64,000 nt of DNA from positions 62,001-126,000 of the forward strand of contig JAVECO010000019.1 of assembly GCA_051942205.1 (NCBI GenBank), read 5' to 3'. Position 1 is the first letter of the stretch. Every line of letters begins with the position of its first letter. Under the pieces are notes generated by a model that did not search any database, was not told the DNA's origin, and saw only the letters and a program-made list of their open reading frames with translations. Source of the stretch: Coniocarpon cinnabarinum (lineage: Eukaryota). Positions 1 to 14,681 of the stretch are shown here, piece after piece. The translations under genes and the position numbers were made by a program.

Positions 1-3000
1 GATCTCGCGTAGAGGTTTGCAGAGAGAAACTGACACTCGCCTTTCATGGATGCAGCGGGTGTGAGACAGGCCATGTTTGTGGCGGATTGTAAGCGGGCGA
101 GGAAGGTACGGAGATCGGGGGCTTTGGTGTTGATGTTGACTTTGTTTTCCCATTCGAATCTAAGACAATGCGTTAGCTGTGACTGAAACATACGCTATGA
201 GATTGGTGAAGGCTCAGGCGGAAAGACAGGGCTACGCTGTGCATCAAGTCACTGCGCGGATGGAACAAGGATACATACTCAGTCCACATGCTCCGGAATT
301 GTGTCTCTGTGCATTGCGCGGGTTGGATGTAGTCCATGATGTCGACATGGACGTCATTGAGAATGATGACGGCATGGTCGCCAGCGGAGGCACCGTCGTA
401 GACGACATTGCCGAAGATGACCCCTGTGTCGGTGCTGGAGACTTTGATCGTTGACTGGACATTCTGTGGAGGAATCAGATGTCAGTGATGCTCTCAAGTT
501 TTGGAAAAAAATGGATGGCAAGGGGTACAAGGCTCGTGATGTCCTAGTGATCATACCTGGAAATCATGTGGTGCAAGGTTCTGCGTCGTCGGTCTCTCGA
601 CAACCTTCAGATCCCCTAGCGTAGCGAACTCGACACTCAGATTCTGCAGTGTACTCGTCGTCTGGTTCACGAGCAAAACATCCAACACAATGTCAAATTG
701 ATGCACCTTGACGTATGCCTCAGCGTATACTGGATCGCTAAAGCCTGTCAATTGCACTACTCGACTGAGCTTGCTGCTCAAATCGACAGCACCAGCTTCA
801 TCGATGACCCCGCCTAGATCGTCGACCAAGTCATCGGGTGTGCTGCGCTTCGTCAATTGTCGAATCGAAACAACATCGTCCACTTGTGTAGCTGTCTTGG
901 CTCGTTCAGCTGCGTCTTTGGCGGCACGCTTCTTCTCTTCGGCGTTGACCATAGCACGGAAGGCTTTCCGAGTGTCGTCGAGGAAGACTGTCTCAAGCTC
1001 TTTCCTTGATGCGAACTCGGCGAGGGAGCGAACGCATGACATGATTCTGTCAACCGAGTCCTCGTCAATGGGTGCCTTGACAAACTGCGATTGCCCGACG
1101 CGCACAATTGAGATCATGATGAGCATTGCTTCTGCTCGCAGAGCGTTCGTTCGAGCTGCGTCTGTGCTGATCTCAGAGTGTCGCATGACTAATTTAGTCA
1201 AAGTAGATGACAGAACAGTAGCAAGATAGTAGTCGCCGTCGAGGATGAGCTGTCTCAATGGTGGTTTCTGTGCAGCTTTAACGGCTTCGAGCTTGGCGGA
1301 AGCTTGGGACGTCAGGGCGCTTTCGGAAGCGTAGGTACCATCTGCAAGCACCTTCCGTGACGAGGAGGGGACATTTGACGAAGTAGGCTTCGACTTGGGA
1401 GCGTCGCCGTTTACTTGGCCATTGGTCTCTGCAGTGTTGCTGAGATCATTTGGCGCACCTGTGTCAGGTTGATCATCCAGTAGTCGCTGCTCAGACGCCA
1501 ATATTGGGATCTCGCCCAAAGAGCGGCGGATTCGCTGCCACGCTGCCCTGATGTCTTCCGCTTCCAAAGAGTACTCGCCAACGATCCACAGAGCACCACG
1601 ATAAACCTTTCCAGCACGGACCTCCTGCAATGTTGAAACAAGACGCTCTACGATGGTGGGTCGGAGCTTGGGAAATTTCTCGACCACCTCCTTCACGAAA
1701 GAGATGACATCAACGGCAGAGGCAGAATTGAAGTCAGCGATGAAGTCCATCAAAAGGCCCACAACAGATGCAGCGATCTCGGAGAACTTGATGGCACATT
1801 GGTGGATAGAATGGACAAGAAGAGAGCGGTATTCGTTGTTCTTCTCATACTGCTCGTCGACGGTCTTGGCAAGCTCCTTCTTAAGCAGCATGACGAGCTC
1901 TTCAACATTCTTGGAAGAAACCATGTCGAGCGCGATGGTAAGAGATTTCCGTCGCACTTCAAGATCTGGGGACGTGAGCACTCGGAGGATCTCCATAGTC
2001 AGGTCGTCGAGTACCCCTTCATTCCTTTGCCGGAGCTGATCGACGCGGTCCAGTGCAATGAGCTTGACGTTGTTGTCTGGTTCTTTGATTGCAAGGTCAA
2101 TAAACTTTTGCGCCGCGGCTTTGACTGCGACGGGATTATTGGTAAGGGATGTGAGAGATGAGGCAGACTCGTACACGACAGTGGGCGCCGTGGCTTCCAG
2201 AAGATCGAAAATGATGCGCAAGTATCTTGACTTGTTCTGCTGATTTTGCACAGCATCCTTGCGCATGAACTCGAGCTCGCTCAACTGTAATAGCTCATGC
2301 GCGTTTGGAATGCCATCAAAGACACGACTGAGATAGCCCAGTGCGCGCTCATGACTGATTGTTTGCAATGCAACAAAAGCATTGCGCTTGCAGGTGTGAT
2401 CGCTTTCATTTTCGAGGAAGGTTTCAATCAGTTCGGGTGCGTCTGGAATGAGGTTTTCGGAGTGGCCATGGATCGAGGAGATGGCGAAGACAGCGTTTTT
2501 ACGAACGTAAGCATGTCTGTGTTCAAGACACGATCGTGCAGACGAAAGGAGCGGTTCGATCAGCTCAGGTTCCCTAAGCTTGCAGAGAAATCGCAACGTG
2601 TTCCCACGAATATATTCATTTGGATGCTGGAGATCATTCCGGATGCCATTGCTGCATAGAATGTTAGGTCAAGAGCAACGCAGGCGTCATTGATAAGCTT
2701 GAATTCACTCACCAGACGAGAATCATTTCTTGTTTGAGCTTGCCCTGCGCGTCTAATTTTGGACATATCTCATAGTAAAAGTACAGCAGCTTCTTCAACG
2801 GCTTGCTCTTGGACGGCATCACGAACCGGATAATGTGCATGAGTATTTGAGGCATTGGGTCGCCGTTGAGCATAATCGTCAATATTCGTTTCATCGTCTC
2901 CATTTTGGACTCGTCGGTGCCCTTTTCGAGTTGTGTCTTGAGCTCTTGCAACGTGGGTTGGTCCGCGGCATTGTCTTGATGGATGAGGGTATAAGCATTT

Positions 3001-3017
3001 TCCAGGAAAGTGGCCAT
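1..3017 (-). CDS. SEC26: Coatomer subunit beta (beta-COP); 3' end runs off the window
   Basis: Spliced translation MATFLENAYTLIHQDN...KQEMILVC/NGIRNDLQHPNEYIRGNTLRFLCKL...LTGFSDPVYAEAYV...FRSMWTE/FEWENKVNINT...QFLSANLYAR. GT-AG introns at about 2652-2712, 464-556 and 160-277. Confidence 0.97.
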
Positions 3018-3529
3018 GATTAAAGCAGTGTCCCGAGGGGGCTCTCAGTGAAGAGAGCCCGTCCTCTTTATATACTGGGTATCAAAGCCAACTCTTGTGG
3101 GTGTGTGCGGACCCCTGCTGTGTTCCTCGCAAAGGGAGAGGTGCTTTTCGACGGTTGGTTCTCCAGTCGAAGAGAAAGGAGAGTGATTGGAGAGTATGGC
3201 GCAAACGCGAAGATCCGCTTGAAGCTCCTATTACTAGACTCGAAGATTCCCAAACGTGAGGTGGGCTCTGTTGCTGGCCGCGACACAACACACGCTGGAA
3301 TTTCAGGTATCCAAACCTTGCATTGACGCTAGCCCCACAGGGCAGGGCTTAGCGTATACCAACGCTCAAACCGTGGAAGCATCTAGGTATTGTGCTAGAA
3401 GTAAGTGAAACGAATTGTTGTTCAGCAAGCGGAATAATACATCCCTCTCGTGGAGAAGATCGTCAAAACTGAGAGATCATCTGCCTTACTCTGAGGTTTA
3501 CCCTCGAAGTGAGGGTATCCTGCTGCGTG

Positions 3530-4206
3530 ATGTCTACTCAGAATGAACCTTTCTACATAAGATACTAGTAGGCGATTCTCCAGAACCGGAACGTATTAGA
3601 CGAACATTAACTGACGCTGCAAAGCTCCGGACACTCTGGACGCTTCGGCCATGAATTTCTGGGTAAGTGCTCTTCCTTACGGATCGACATAATTGAGTGA
3701 TGCTAAGTCATATAGAATTCGACTTCCGGGCGTTGGGGGACGGACGTAGCGCATCCGCCCGATACGCGAACAACTCCAATTACCGCAATGACTCGCTCAT
3801 TCGCAAAGAGAGTAAGTGCTGATCTACTGAATGACATTCTGCAGGCTAATCTATAAGCAAAGTGTGCGTCAGCTCCACGATGATATCAGAGATCAAGCGT
3901 ATCGTAAAAGACAGTGAGATTATGAAGTACGTGCTTCATGGGTGGTGTTGAAATGGTTTCTCGCTGACTTTGAACAGAGAAGACGACACCAAATGGCCTC
4001 AGAAGAACAAGGACGGCAGACAAGAACTCGAAATCAAACTGGGAAGCGATCACATCTCCTTTGAGACTGCGAAGATTGGTTCATTGGTCGACGTCACCGA
4101 GTCTGAAGACCCAGAGGGGTTACGAGTGTTTTATTACCTCGTCCAGGATCTAAAGGCGTTGGTCTTTTCACTGATCTCGCTGCACTTCAAAATCAAGCCC
4201 ATTTAA
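3530..4206 (+). CDS. MAGO: Mago nashi (exon junction complex core protein)
   Basis: Five exons splice to [30 protein letters not shown]...[21 protein letters not shown]...[20 protein letters not shown]...[24 protein letters not shown]. Confidence 0.97.
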
Positions 4207-5153
4207 GCAAAGTTCTTGGCGCAACTCACTGGCCTGGAAGACATGCTCTCACGTGGAGGCATGCCATCAATTAAAGCACTGTGGCCATAACAATCAATAC
4301 TCCAGTCCAAGCATCGACCCTATTCGATAGGAAAGGAACTTGTTCATCTTGTCCACTATCTCCGAACGGCCTACTTGTACTTTTGACCTCCATTTGATCG
4401 AAGACAAGAAGAGGCCGGGTACCTGCCTGCACCTTGCACATGAAAGCCGGCCTACTGTCAATGGGCAGCCCCTCTTCTCAGCGACTTCCTAAAGTCAGGC
4501 GATCCGTGGAGCACGCAACTGCAATCAAGACAAGGTCTTCCCTGACGGGCTCATCAGCCACTTCAATGTTCCTAGGATCCGGAAGCGCCACTGCCGAGGG
4601 ATTTGACACCTTCCATCGTCAGCGATGCGCCTTGCGGCTTTCAACATGGCCGAACGCTCTGGCTCGACCCACCTCCATTTTGGAGCAATCTGGGTATGGT
4701 TCCAATATTGGGCGCTGCACACTCTTGAAGAGGAACACCTTGGAGTCCCAAGCGGAGAGATGGCCGCAGAGGGAATTGTATTGGGTAGTGCGGGGGTAGC
4801 AGGGCTTGGGCGCTAAGTCGGGGGCTGGGACAGCCCCACTTGCCCCAGACGAAGGGGAAGCTCAGGCGTTTCCTCGGGCGGTCCGTCGACCAAGGTTCGT
4901 CACCGTATACATACCTGCCTATTCGGTAACCTAGCGCTTGCCAAGCTCCTGCGGCCTGTGCTACGGACTTAAGCCGTTGTGCTTCCATCCACTCTTCCCT
5001 CGGAACCCTCGCTCCGCGATCCAGCATATGATGACCTCTGCTTCTTCACCATGGCTGTTACTATAGGTGGCCTGATCTAAGACCACTCCCTCATATTGCG
5101 TTCGCTACGAAATAGTCTCTAATTTGTCAATAGGACTCTGCACTCTCTTGAAC

Positions 5154-6326
5154 ATGCCTGTGCACGACGTCGTCAGCGTTGTACAACGGCCACAGCTCGT
5201 CCCCAACCCTAATCCGTCAACGAGCCACGCGACTTGTCCTACCGATGATGATGGCCCTACTGCTGCTATCCGTGTTGCACCGCAGCCCTCGCCCCCGTCG
5301 CCAATCACTCCCTCCCCTGCTCTACCGCGTCCTCGCGTAACACGACAACCAAGAACTCCGGCTGAAGTCGTCGAAGCAAGAGCTGTCCCACAAGCCAGGG
5401 CACGTCACCCTCAACCCGCAAGGAGCGACGCCTCAAGAACACGTAACCTGCCAACGACTGAGAGGTCTACTCCAAGACGAGATGGTAGCAAACCCCACGC
5501 AGCTGCTCCCGGCTCACAACCACCAGCCTCACCAAGACCAGCTCCTCAGCGAGCGCCCACCCCTCCAGAAGCCTACGTAAGCATTGCTCTTGATCCTCGT
5601 AGCGCTGACCCACGATTCTAAACATTACGCGCAGCACATCACTCAGCACACATCGTCCTTTTTGAGAAATGGCAGCAGGTTTGTCGGCACCCAGCAATCG
5701 GATCGCCAAGTCTACAACGTCACTGTGGAGCTAAAGCACGTCGACATGCGCGAGTCATTCTTATGCGGATATCTGTGCATCGAAGGTATGTCGCGCGCCG
5801 TTCTCTTCGATCTTCGAGCAAATGCATCCGCTGACTACTTCAGGCTTGACTGACCAGCAGCGACTCCTCACAACCTATTTCGAAGGCGAGATTGTCGGCC
5901 ATAAGTATGGCTTCCTGACGCGGCATCCAGACTGGCGCTCAAACCCGAAAGTCGATGTGCAACACTGGCAACAATTCCCAGCGTGGGCCCCATTATGCCG
6001 CCAGGCGCAGAATGAGAACTTTACTCAGCGTGACTACGTCCAGCGGGAACACCTGTTCATGAGATGGAAGGAACACTTCCTGGTTCCGGATCATCGTGTC
6101 ACTCGCATTTCTGGCGCAAGCTTCGAAGGGTTCTACTTTATTTGTTTCAATCAAGTGCAGGGCACCATCTCCGGGATTTACTTTCACGCAAAGAGCGAAA
6201 GGTAAGTGTGCTCTGTTCGTTTGTTGTTAGAGGACCATGCGGACTGACCAATGCAGTAGATTTCAGCGGCTGGAGCTCAGGCATGTTCATGACTACGGTT
6301 GCCATACAGCAAGAGAGTTTGCATGA
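5154..6326 (+). CDS. GID4: GID complex subunit 4 / vacuolar import and degradation protein Vid24
   Basis: Pro-rich N-terminal exon, then SSFLRNGSRFVGTQQSDRQVYNVTVELKHVDMRESFLCGYLCIEG/LT...LTTYFEGEIVG...FMRWKEHFLVPDHRVTRISGASFEGFYFICFNQVQGTISGIYFHAKSER/FQRLEL. Three GT-AG introns. Confidence 0.93.
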
Positions 6327-6782
6327 GACATGAGTCTACGATTGACGAAGTGTGCCTGATGGAGGACTTGCACGTGCTCATATAGCGTGGCGTTTGGGAT
6401 CATCTGCGATGGACGTGATCAGGCTCCAAGCTATACCTTTATGAGACCACTTAGAGTCTTTGTTCTTGGATATGTCTCCACACTGGTCACACCACATAAT
6501 CCTTCACGTAGATATGAGTCGGCTAAAGTATATATCATTCCGTCCTTTCAGTTGTGATTCCTTTGTCGCGGGTAAGGGTTATCTGCACGGTCCCCCCCTG
6601 ATGACCCTCAAAGTGTCACTCAGGAGTCTCTAGCTTATGTAATGCACCAATTACTCACCTCCATACAACATCTGACCTTCGAACATCGTCCTCGCCTTGC
6701 ATTCAACGTCTTACCACTTGCCTACTTGGCGCCGCAGCCCATCACACAATACATTCCCCTGCGAGGGACAAAACCAAGCAAA

Positions 6783-8330
<1,548 letters not shown>

Positions 8331-8631
8331 GCACTTACGAACTCTCTAATTCGGTGCTCAGACAGTGCGAAACGCAGCTTACCTGGTTATCAATAAAATT
8401 CGGTGATGTATTCATGATGCGTGAGTGCTCTGACAACTGTCTGCGCTCTAATGGTCTGAGCACTTGCGAATATATATGATTTCCATGCAGCATTCTCGAA
8501 TCCGTACACCTCTCTAATTCTGCACTCAAGGATACTGCGCTATTGTACAGCTATTTATCTACTTAGCAAAGCAGTACTCTCACATCACATAACAAAGTCT
8601 ACTTTACGATTCACTTCTCAACACTTCAATC

Positions 8632-9420
8632 ATGGCATCAACTACGACCTACTACCTCGGCGCCACCCGTTCCAAAAGCACACCCCCCGACTTCTGTTAC
8701 CTCCCCCAATTCCTCCTCTCGCCCGCGGTGTCCTCCTCACGCACCGCAATCGGCCTCACCCACCCGGCCGAAACCCTCAGCCAGCTCGCCGCGCCCTCCG
8801 AGCCTGAAGGCTCCGTCACAGAAGGCCCAACCGGGGGCCCAGCTGCCGAGGGTCCCATCGAGGACCCCACCGACGGCTTCGTCGGAAGCCTCGCCCAACT
8901 CGTCGCGCAGTCCGAGCCCGACGGCCCCGCTGGATTCCGCTCGGAATCCAAACGTTGGCGGGTTCTGCCGTTTCTGGAGCTGCGGAAGTGCTGTTTCGAA
9001 GGGTACTGTGCGCGGCCTTTTGACCATTCGTGGGAGGAGATGGAGGGGGTGGTGGGGTATGCTTGGAATTCCCGAGAAGGGGAGAGCAATGCGACGAAGG
9101 GGAAAGAGAGGGAGGGGAAGGGATGCGGTGGCGTGGGTGCTGCGGATAGCAGCGTTGACGCGATAGGATGGGAGGCGTATTTGAGAAGGGAGAGGGAGGC
9201 GCAGGGTCAAGCGGAGGGTGACGAGGGGCTTTCGCAAGAGGTGGATAGGCTGCAAGGGAGTTTTGCGGAGATCTTGCGGATACAGCAGGAGATGATTTGG
9301 GAGTTGGAGAGGATGATTGCGGTTGCGACGGAGATGGAGGAGACGTACAGCCATTGGATTTGGTTGTATCAGTGGAGGCGCAGAAGGGAGGAGAGAAGGA
9401 AAGTGTATTGTCGGAAGTGA
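8632..9420 (+). CDS. Hypothetical protein (262 aa) with a short internal duplication and a predicted C-terminal coiled coil
   Basis: Uninterrupted ATG ORF with a C-rich 5' half and G-rich 3' half. LSQLAAPSEPEG and LAQLVAQSEPDG are internal repeats. No family recognised. Confidence 0.55.
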   Translation: MASTTTYYLGATRSKSTPPDFCYLPQFLLSPAVSSSRTAIGLTHPAETLSQLAAPSEPEGSVTEGPTGGPAAEGPIEDPTDGFVGSLAQLVAQSEPDGPAGFRSESKRWRVLPFLELRKCCFEGYCARPFDHSWEEMEGVVGYAWNSREGESNATKGKEREGKGCGGVGAADSSVDAIGWEAYLRREREAQGQAEGDEGLSQEVDRLQGSFAEILRIQQEMIWELERMIAVATEMEETYSHWIWLYQWRRRREERRKVYCRK

Positions 9421-10188
9421 GTGTGGAGACTGAACGGCATGCTTGGGTTTCTCGTCTTGTCTTGCTTTGGGAAGGATATAGTCGTTACTGTCTTGATATT
9501 TTGTCCTGTATTAGTAGTGTATACCCTTTGCGAGTTATACGTCGATACTGAGTACTATAGCAACTGGCATTCATGAACAAGGACATTTCAACACACGAAA
9601 AAATGGTGTGCAAGGGAAATGTCAATTTCTTGACAACTATTCCCGAGTAATTTCGACTGTCAAAGTTGAGATACTCCAGCCTTGTATGTGAGGCATCAGG
9701 CTGCTGAAGCCACACAGTCACGTGAGCTGGAATAGCGCCAGGCACAACACGGCTGACACGGGCCGTTTTGACACTTCTGGAAAGATACACATGTTGACAA
9801 CTACCACGACGTGTTCTTTAATAACGCACCATGAACCAATATGGGACAAACCAACCTTATGATACTGGTCGCGACCCGTAATTGGAGGGATCGTCTAACC
9901 TCACATAAGCATGCACTGACAAACCTGTGATCTGATCTTTAGAGGTCATTGCTTACAGGACGTGCCTTGCAAGTGAGACAGGTGGTGCTGTCATCAACTA
10001 GGGCCTCAGAACCGGTCACACGCTCCAAGTCTGCATATATAAAAGCAATATGCCGAGCAACCGTCCACGAGATAAGTATCGACCTTCCGCACATTGTTCT
10101 TTGAGTCTTCCAAGTCTTGCAAGCTCCAAGGAACAACCCATAATCGCCTCCCACGTCCCATAACAAACAGCGCACCAAGTGGCCGGCC

Positions 10189-10734
10189 ATGAGTCACCCG
10201 GGAGGAGATGAGCCAAGCAAGAATGCGAAACATCTGCAGAAGATGATTCGTTGGACGAGAAATCAGGATCCCTCGACTTTGCGTTTCACCAACCCGCCCA
10301 GCTCTAGCAATAGCTCCAGAAGCTCCTACGAGCAGGAGCCTGAGGCCCCAGTGGCAAGCAGCAGCACTCAACCTCCCAAGGACGACTAATACATCAAGAC
10401 CGAAAAGAACGAGATTGTGGCCAAATTCGACATGAGCAAATGTCCACGAGACGATGCAAGTCCGTGGAAGCCGCAACAGGTTGAAGCAAAGCTGAGAGCA
10501 GCGCTGCAAGAAGCGAAGCTTTTTCAAGGTCAGGGAGAGCCTACACGGAATGATGGATCCAAAGGGGAGAAGACCTTAGAATTGCGAGTGCCGAAGAGTA
10601 TCTATCAGCGGAGCAAAGGCGACAAAGACAAGATAGATGCGCTCGCGCAACAGTGTGGGATGAAGAAGGTTTGGAGCCTCAGCCGGACGATTCACTTCGA
10701 GTTCGATGCGTCGAAGGCTAAGGAGGGCACTTGA
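10189..10734 (+). pseudogene. Orphan small-protein family, copy A (one in-frame TAA at 10387-10389)
   Basis: ORFs 10189-10389 and 10417-10734 are in the same frame. Motifs TRNQ, FDMS, LFQG and LELRVPKSIYQRSKGD align with copy C. TATATAAAA at about 10036. A 48-nt intron 10351-10398 (weak GTGGCA donor, ACTAAT branch, AAG acceptor) could remove the stop. Confidence 0.65.
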
Positions 10735-11715
10735 AGTGTCAACCGCATAAAGCGCTGAGCTCATGCCTTTGTCCCATCTGCCCGGCACTCCCAACTAAAC
10801 CTACTGGTGTATATGGGTGCGTTACACGCTATGAGAGGTTAAGTGGTATAGGTGTATGGCCAGACATTGGTAGTCAATGTGTCAGGCAGACGAGGTGGCG
10901 TGATGCGGGAAAGAGAAGCCATGTAAAGCCACGTGTAAATCTAAAAATAGGGGTCTGTGCAATGAAAGCACGTGATTAATAGCAGCTTTCCCCAGCTTTA
11001 AGAAACGTGGCACCTTGCATCGACACAATCGTCACGTGTGGTGTGCGTTTTCGTGATCCTGCCCTGAGCTGCCGCCTGCTTCTCGTTATTTCTGGTTGTC
11101 GTTGACGTGGTAGTAAATTTTAACGCCAGCCAACAAGCAGCGTGGCGTGCCTCGAGTCCACCCCGACCCCTCGTATCCTCTCACCCGGGTGCACCCCTGA
11201 CAGCGTATTAGATGACTTGTTCCATGCCAGCTGGCACAGAGTGTCCTGCCTATGCCTTCTCTTCATTCGATTCAACGAAACTGAAATTGACAACCACGGC
11301 CAGACATGGTTGTTGTCAGAGCTCTGGTGTGGACTCTGCGCCATTGACGCAGTTATCTATAGCTGGTATGCCTTATTCTTCTCGGTCGTGTATGCTTGGA
11401 TTGCCGCATGCTGGCGTGACTTGAAACTTACTGCTGCTGACCACGCCTGTCATTGCGCGCAAGTTATCTTCATCACGTTGCACTTAGGCTGTGCAAGGGT
11501 TGTTCCTTCTATGCTATAAAATCTCCACACAATGCCTTCTGTTTGATGGGTCATCCATCGATTCAATACTCTGTCGATCTGACTGCTGACACGCTTGCAA
11601 AAGTACCTTTGAGGGCTGACCTTGAAGACGCTGTCTTAAAGGTGTATCGGACAACATTATCAGGACGCAATCACATATCGATTGTAGCACATCCACTTCT
11701 TCGCAATAGTCGGCT

Positions 11716-12259
11716 ATGCCTAGTCCTCCAAGTAGCAGCCATGCGCTGGGCAATGCCTCGCACAAGTTGAGGGTAGTGGACGAAAGCAGGAGCCAATAAA
11801 CCCCACCCGATAACGACCACAAGCTTCTCGCGAAATTGAACAAGACGACGCGGCGCGACACCCAGGAGAGCGGCAATGTCCAAGGCGCATCCAACAGTCA
11901 GGATTAAACAGCCTCTGAATATAACCATGAGTCTTACGAAGCGGTCTGTGTCCTTAATATGGGGAAACACCCGGAAGCCACCCCAAAAAAAAAACAACCA
12001 AAACTTGATAAACATGATGACAGAAATCAGAACAGGCATGTTGGCAGCTTTATTTGGAGGAACAGCAAAGCTCGAAAGGAATTAGCAGTGGGCTGATAAG
12101 TGGGAATGTCGTGTACCGAAAGAGCAGCTCAAACTCCACAAAGAGGATGTGAAGAAGTTCGAGGAAAATTTCAAGGAACTGCATTTTCACAAAACCCTGA
12201 AGAGCTATCCTCCCGGGACAACAGAGCTCAAGTACAGGCAGAAGCCTGATGCAGAGTAG
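11716..12259 (+). pseudogene. Orphan small-protein family, copy B (three stops and one frameshift)
   Basis: Reconstruction: MPSPPSSSHALGNASHKLRVVDESRSQ*TPPDNDHKLLAKLNKT...QD*TASEYNHESYEAVCVLNMGKHPEATPK[shift in A10 run 11985-11994]KNNQNLINMMTEIRTGMLAALFGGTAKLERN*QWADKWECRVPKEQLKLHKEDVKKFEE... It is colinear with copy C end to end. Confidence 0.75.
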
Positions 12260-12494
12260 CACGCAGAAGCTGTTCAGAGGAGGGCTTCGGCTACTCTGAG
12301 GCGTGACGTGGTGGGGCGTGGCGTGGCGTGTAGTCAGGACTACGAAAAGCTGCACTAGATCACTCTGGACCTCAAGCAAAGCGGCCTACACTTGATGAGA
12401 ACCTAAACAAAGGTTCCTTTCGCCAATCCTCTTCAGGTCGATGTCCCTGCAGCGCAACAGCATCTGTGCAGACTGGCCATTGGGGCCAAGAAGG

Positions 12495-12750
12495 CTATAT
12501 GTATTAATGCACTTTAAATATTAATATATAGCTCTTTTTTCTGTAAGAACGATTTAGTAGCTTTTACAATTTTATCAATTGTTGTTTTCAAATTTCTATA
12601 AATATTGTTTTATTTTTAAGGATATTTATTATTACAGATAAAATAAGTATAGAATAATTTTATGCTCTCTTAATATGACTCATATTTGCTTACCATTAGA
12701 ACAAGTTAGACCTTGTCCTTAATAGCTAATTCACGTTTATATAAACGTTC
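12495..12750. other. AT-rich, TpA-rich relic (probable RIP-mutated repeat remnant)
   Basis: Abrupt ~250-bp AT-rich block (tattaatatatag, ttatttttaag, tttatataaa) within a balanced-GC background. No ORF. Confidence 0.6.
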
Positions 12751-13553
12751 AAACTACTTCTGGTTCCGGACTGCAATGTGTGGGGCGTCAAAGTCACGTG
12801 ATTTTGCCGGACACGTCAATGATTCCGTACCTTAACGATCGTCTTCTTGTCGACCTGGTCCGAACCCCTCCAAGCCAGATGCTGCCCAGCACCATTGCGA
12901 CGTCAAAGGATAGATGCAACAATGTGGCCAAGCAATGCGGCGAATTGTACATGGCTGCGCCGATGCCCGAGAGTTCCGGTGGCCCCCATTCCTTTGATGA
13001 CACTTGGTCTGGAACCTGTCCGCCCGCTCCGAACACCATACATCTCGTGTGAAGATGTGAGAGTGAGCATACAATGTCTTTCCCATCAAGGTTAACGTCG
13101 TATTGCATGGCAAGTGGCATCTTCAACCATGGCGAGCGGTCTCGCAACATCCACACACGTGTGTGTGGCCACCTTCTCGGAATTGAATTATGTTCTAGAC
13201 AGCTGGCATGTCTGATCCTTCTCGATCCGCTACGCTTTGGTAGCTAAGACATGTTCGTATTGACCACGTTTGCAAAAGTCGCAAAGGCTCCTTCGATCAC
13301 GATGCTTCTGACCCGGACCATGATCCGCAAGCACATCGGGACAGGCCCAGAATAACCTTTTCTTCATCGAGCACAGCACAGCCCTGGTCTCCCAAATCCA
13401 TCGACCAGACTACTGAGATACATACCGACATATTACCGTGATCCAACTTACTTTCACAGAGTATCTGAGGGGTGCATCGAGCAGCGCTATCAGGTCACTT
13501 TCCATCGTTTATCGTGTATTGCCAGTCTAACACCCCCTCATCATCGCTACGCC

Positions 13554-14069
13554 ATGTCCACTCTTACTGACAGCAGCAACGCGGCGGAAAGATGGCAGAG
13601 GAACCTGGAGATAGTCCGATGCAGCAGGAATCAGCCTGTCCCACCCGACCCTGAGCCCAAGCTCCTCCGCAGAATCAATAGGACGATGACGCTTGACTCT
13701 GATCCCGGGTCTGACAATGATAGCATCCACAGCGCTCAGAGCAACGCTTCCTCTCGGTCTGCCGATGAATCACATAAACTCGTTTGTACCTTTGATATGA
13801 GCTGTCATCCACAGGCCCCCCGCACGCAAAACAAAGACTTGAAGAACCTTCTGGGAAAAATAAAAGGCAATGTGGCACCACTGTTCGGTGGACGCATTGA
13901 GTGGGCTCAAAAAGAGGGCATGCCCACTTAGGAATGTTACGTACCGAAAGAGGAGTATAAACGTCACAAAGGCGACATTAGGGAGATCGAGAATATCGCG
14001 AAGAACTCGCAATTTCGAAAGAAGAGGAACCTCTTGTCCGGACCAGAGACATTCATTTACCAACAATAG
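13554..14069 (+). pseudogene. Orphan small-protein family, copy C (in-frame TAG at 13929-13931, at a Trp position)
   Basis: The frame continues past the TAG: ...VAPLFGGRIEWAQKEGMPT*ECYVPKEEYKRHKGDIREIENIAKNSQFRKKRNLLSGPETFIYQQ*. Copy B has W-E-C-R-V-P-K-E at this site. Confidence 0.75.
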
Positions 14070-14681
14070 CGCGACTTGGAGAGCGGGAAGATGGACTAGA
14101 TCAAGTTTCGGCGTGGTTCAAGCCCTGCGAGACGTCTAACTCACCTTCCACGGCGTGTCAGAGTGCGACAGATCTTCACACGTCACACGCGACAAATGCG
14201 AAGCGAGTATTTTGAGGTTTCATCGATTACGCTTTTCACTTCTTGCAGCAGCAAAACCGCACTCTTACTCCTCGTTTGTTCCATTGCAGCAGCATTGTGC
14301 CATTTTAAGCCATTGTGCTGCTCTTTGACTAAGAATCATGTTGGCGTGCACGTCTCACTGTTCTGGCAAAGGGCAACGTGTTCGGAAGCAGTGAAGGATT
14401 CTGGAGTGTCCCGGATCCTGCAGGATTCGAGGCTCTTAACACGTAGCTAAATCCTCCTTGCCAGGGGCCTGCAAGGTGTCCAGTCCCTGCGCAGTATGCC
14501 TGCTGTCATTTTGAGAGTAATACTAATCTGATGCTTCTGTCCCATTGCTTTTACGAGAGCCTCTTCCATCCTGTACCTCTTTCCTAGCCACTGATCCTGT
14601 AGCAAGCACAGAAGTCGTACACCACCTGATATCCTTTGGGATACTCTGACTCGGCGTCAAACTCACTGTGCATCTTGGAAC

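Noticed and set aside
4434..5027. Overlapping 60-130 aa ORFs between mago nashi and GID4
   Set aside because: No recognisable motifs; more likely UTR or promoter sequence.
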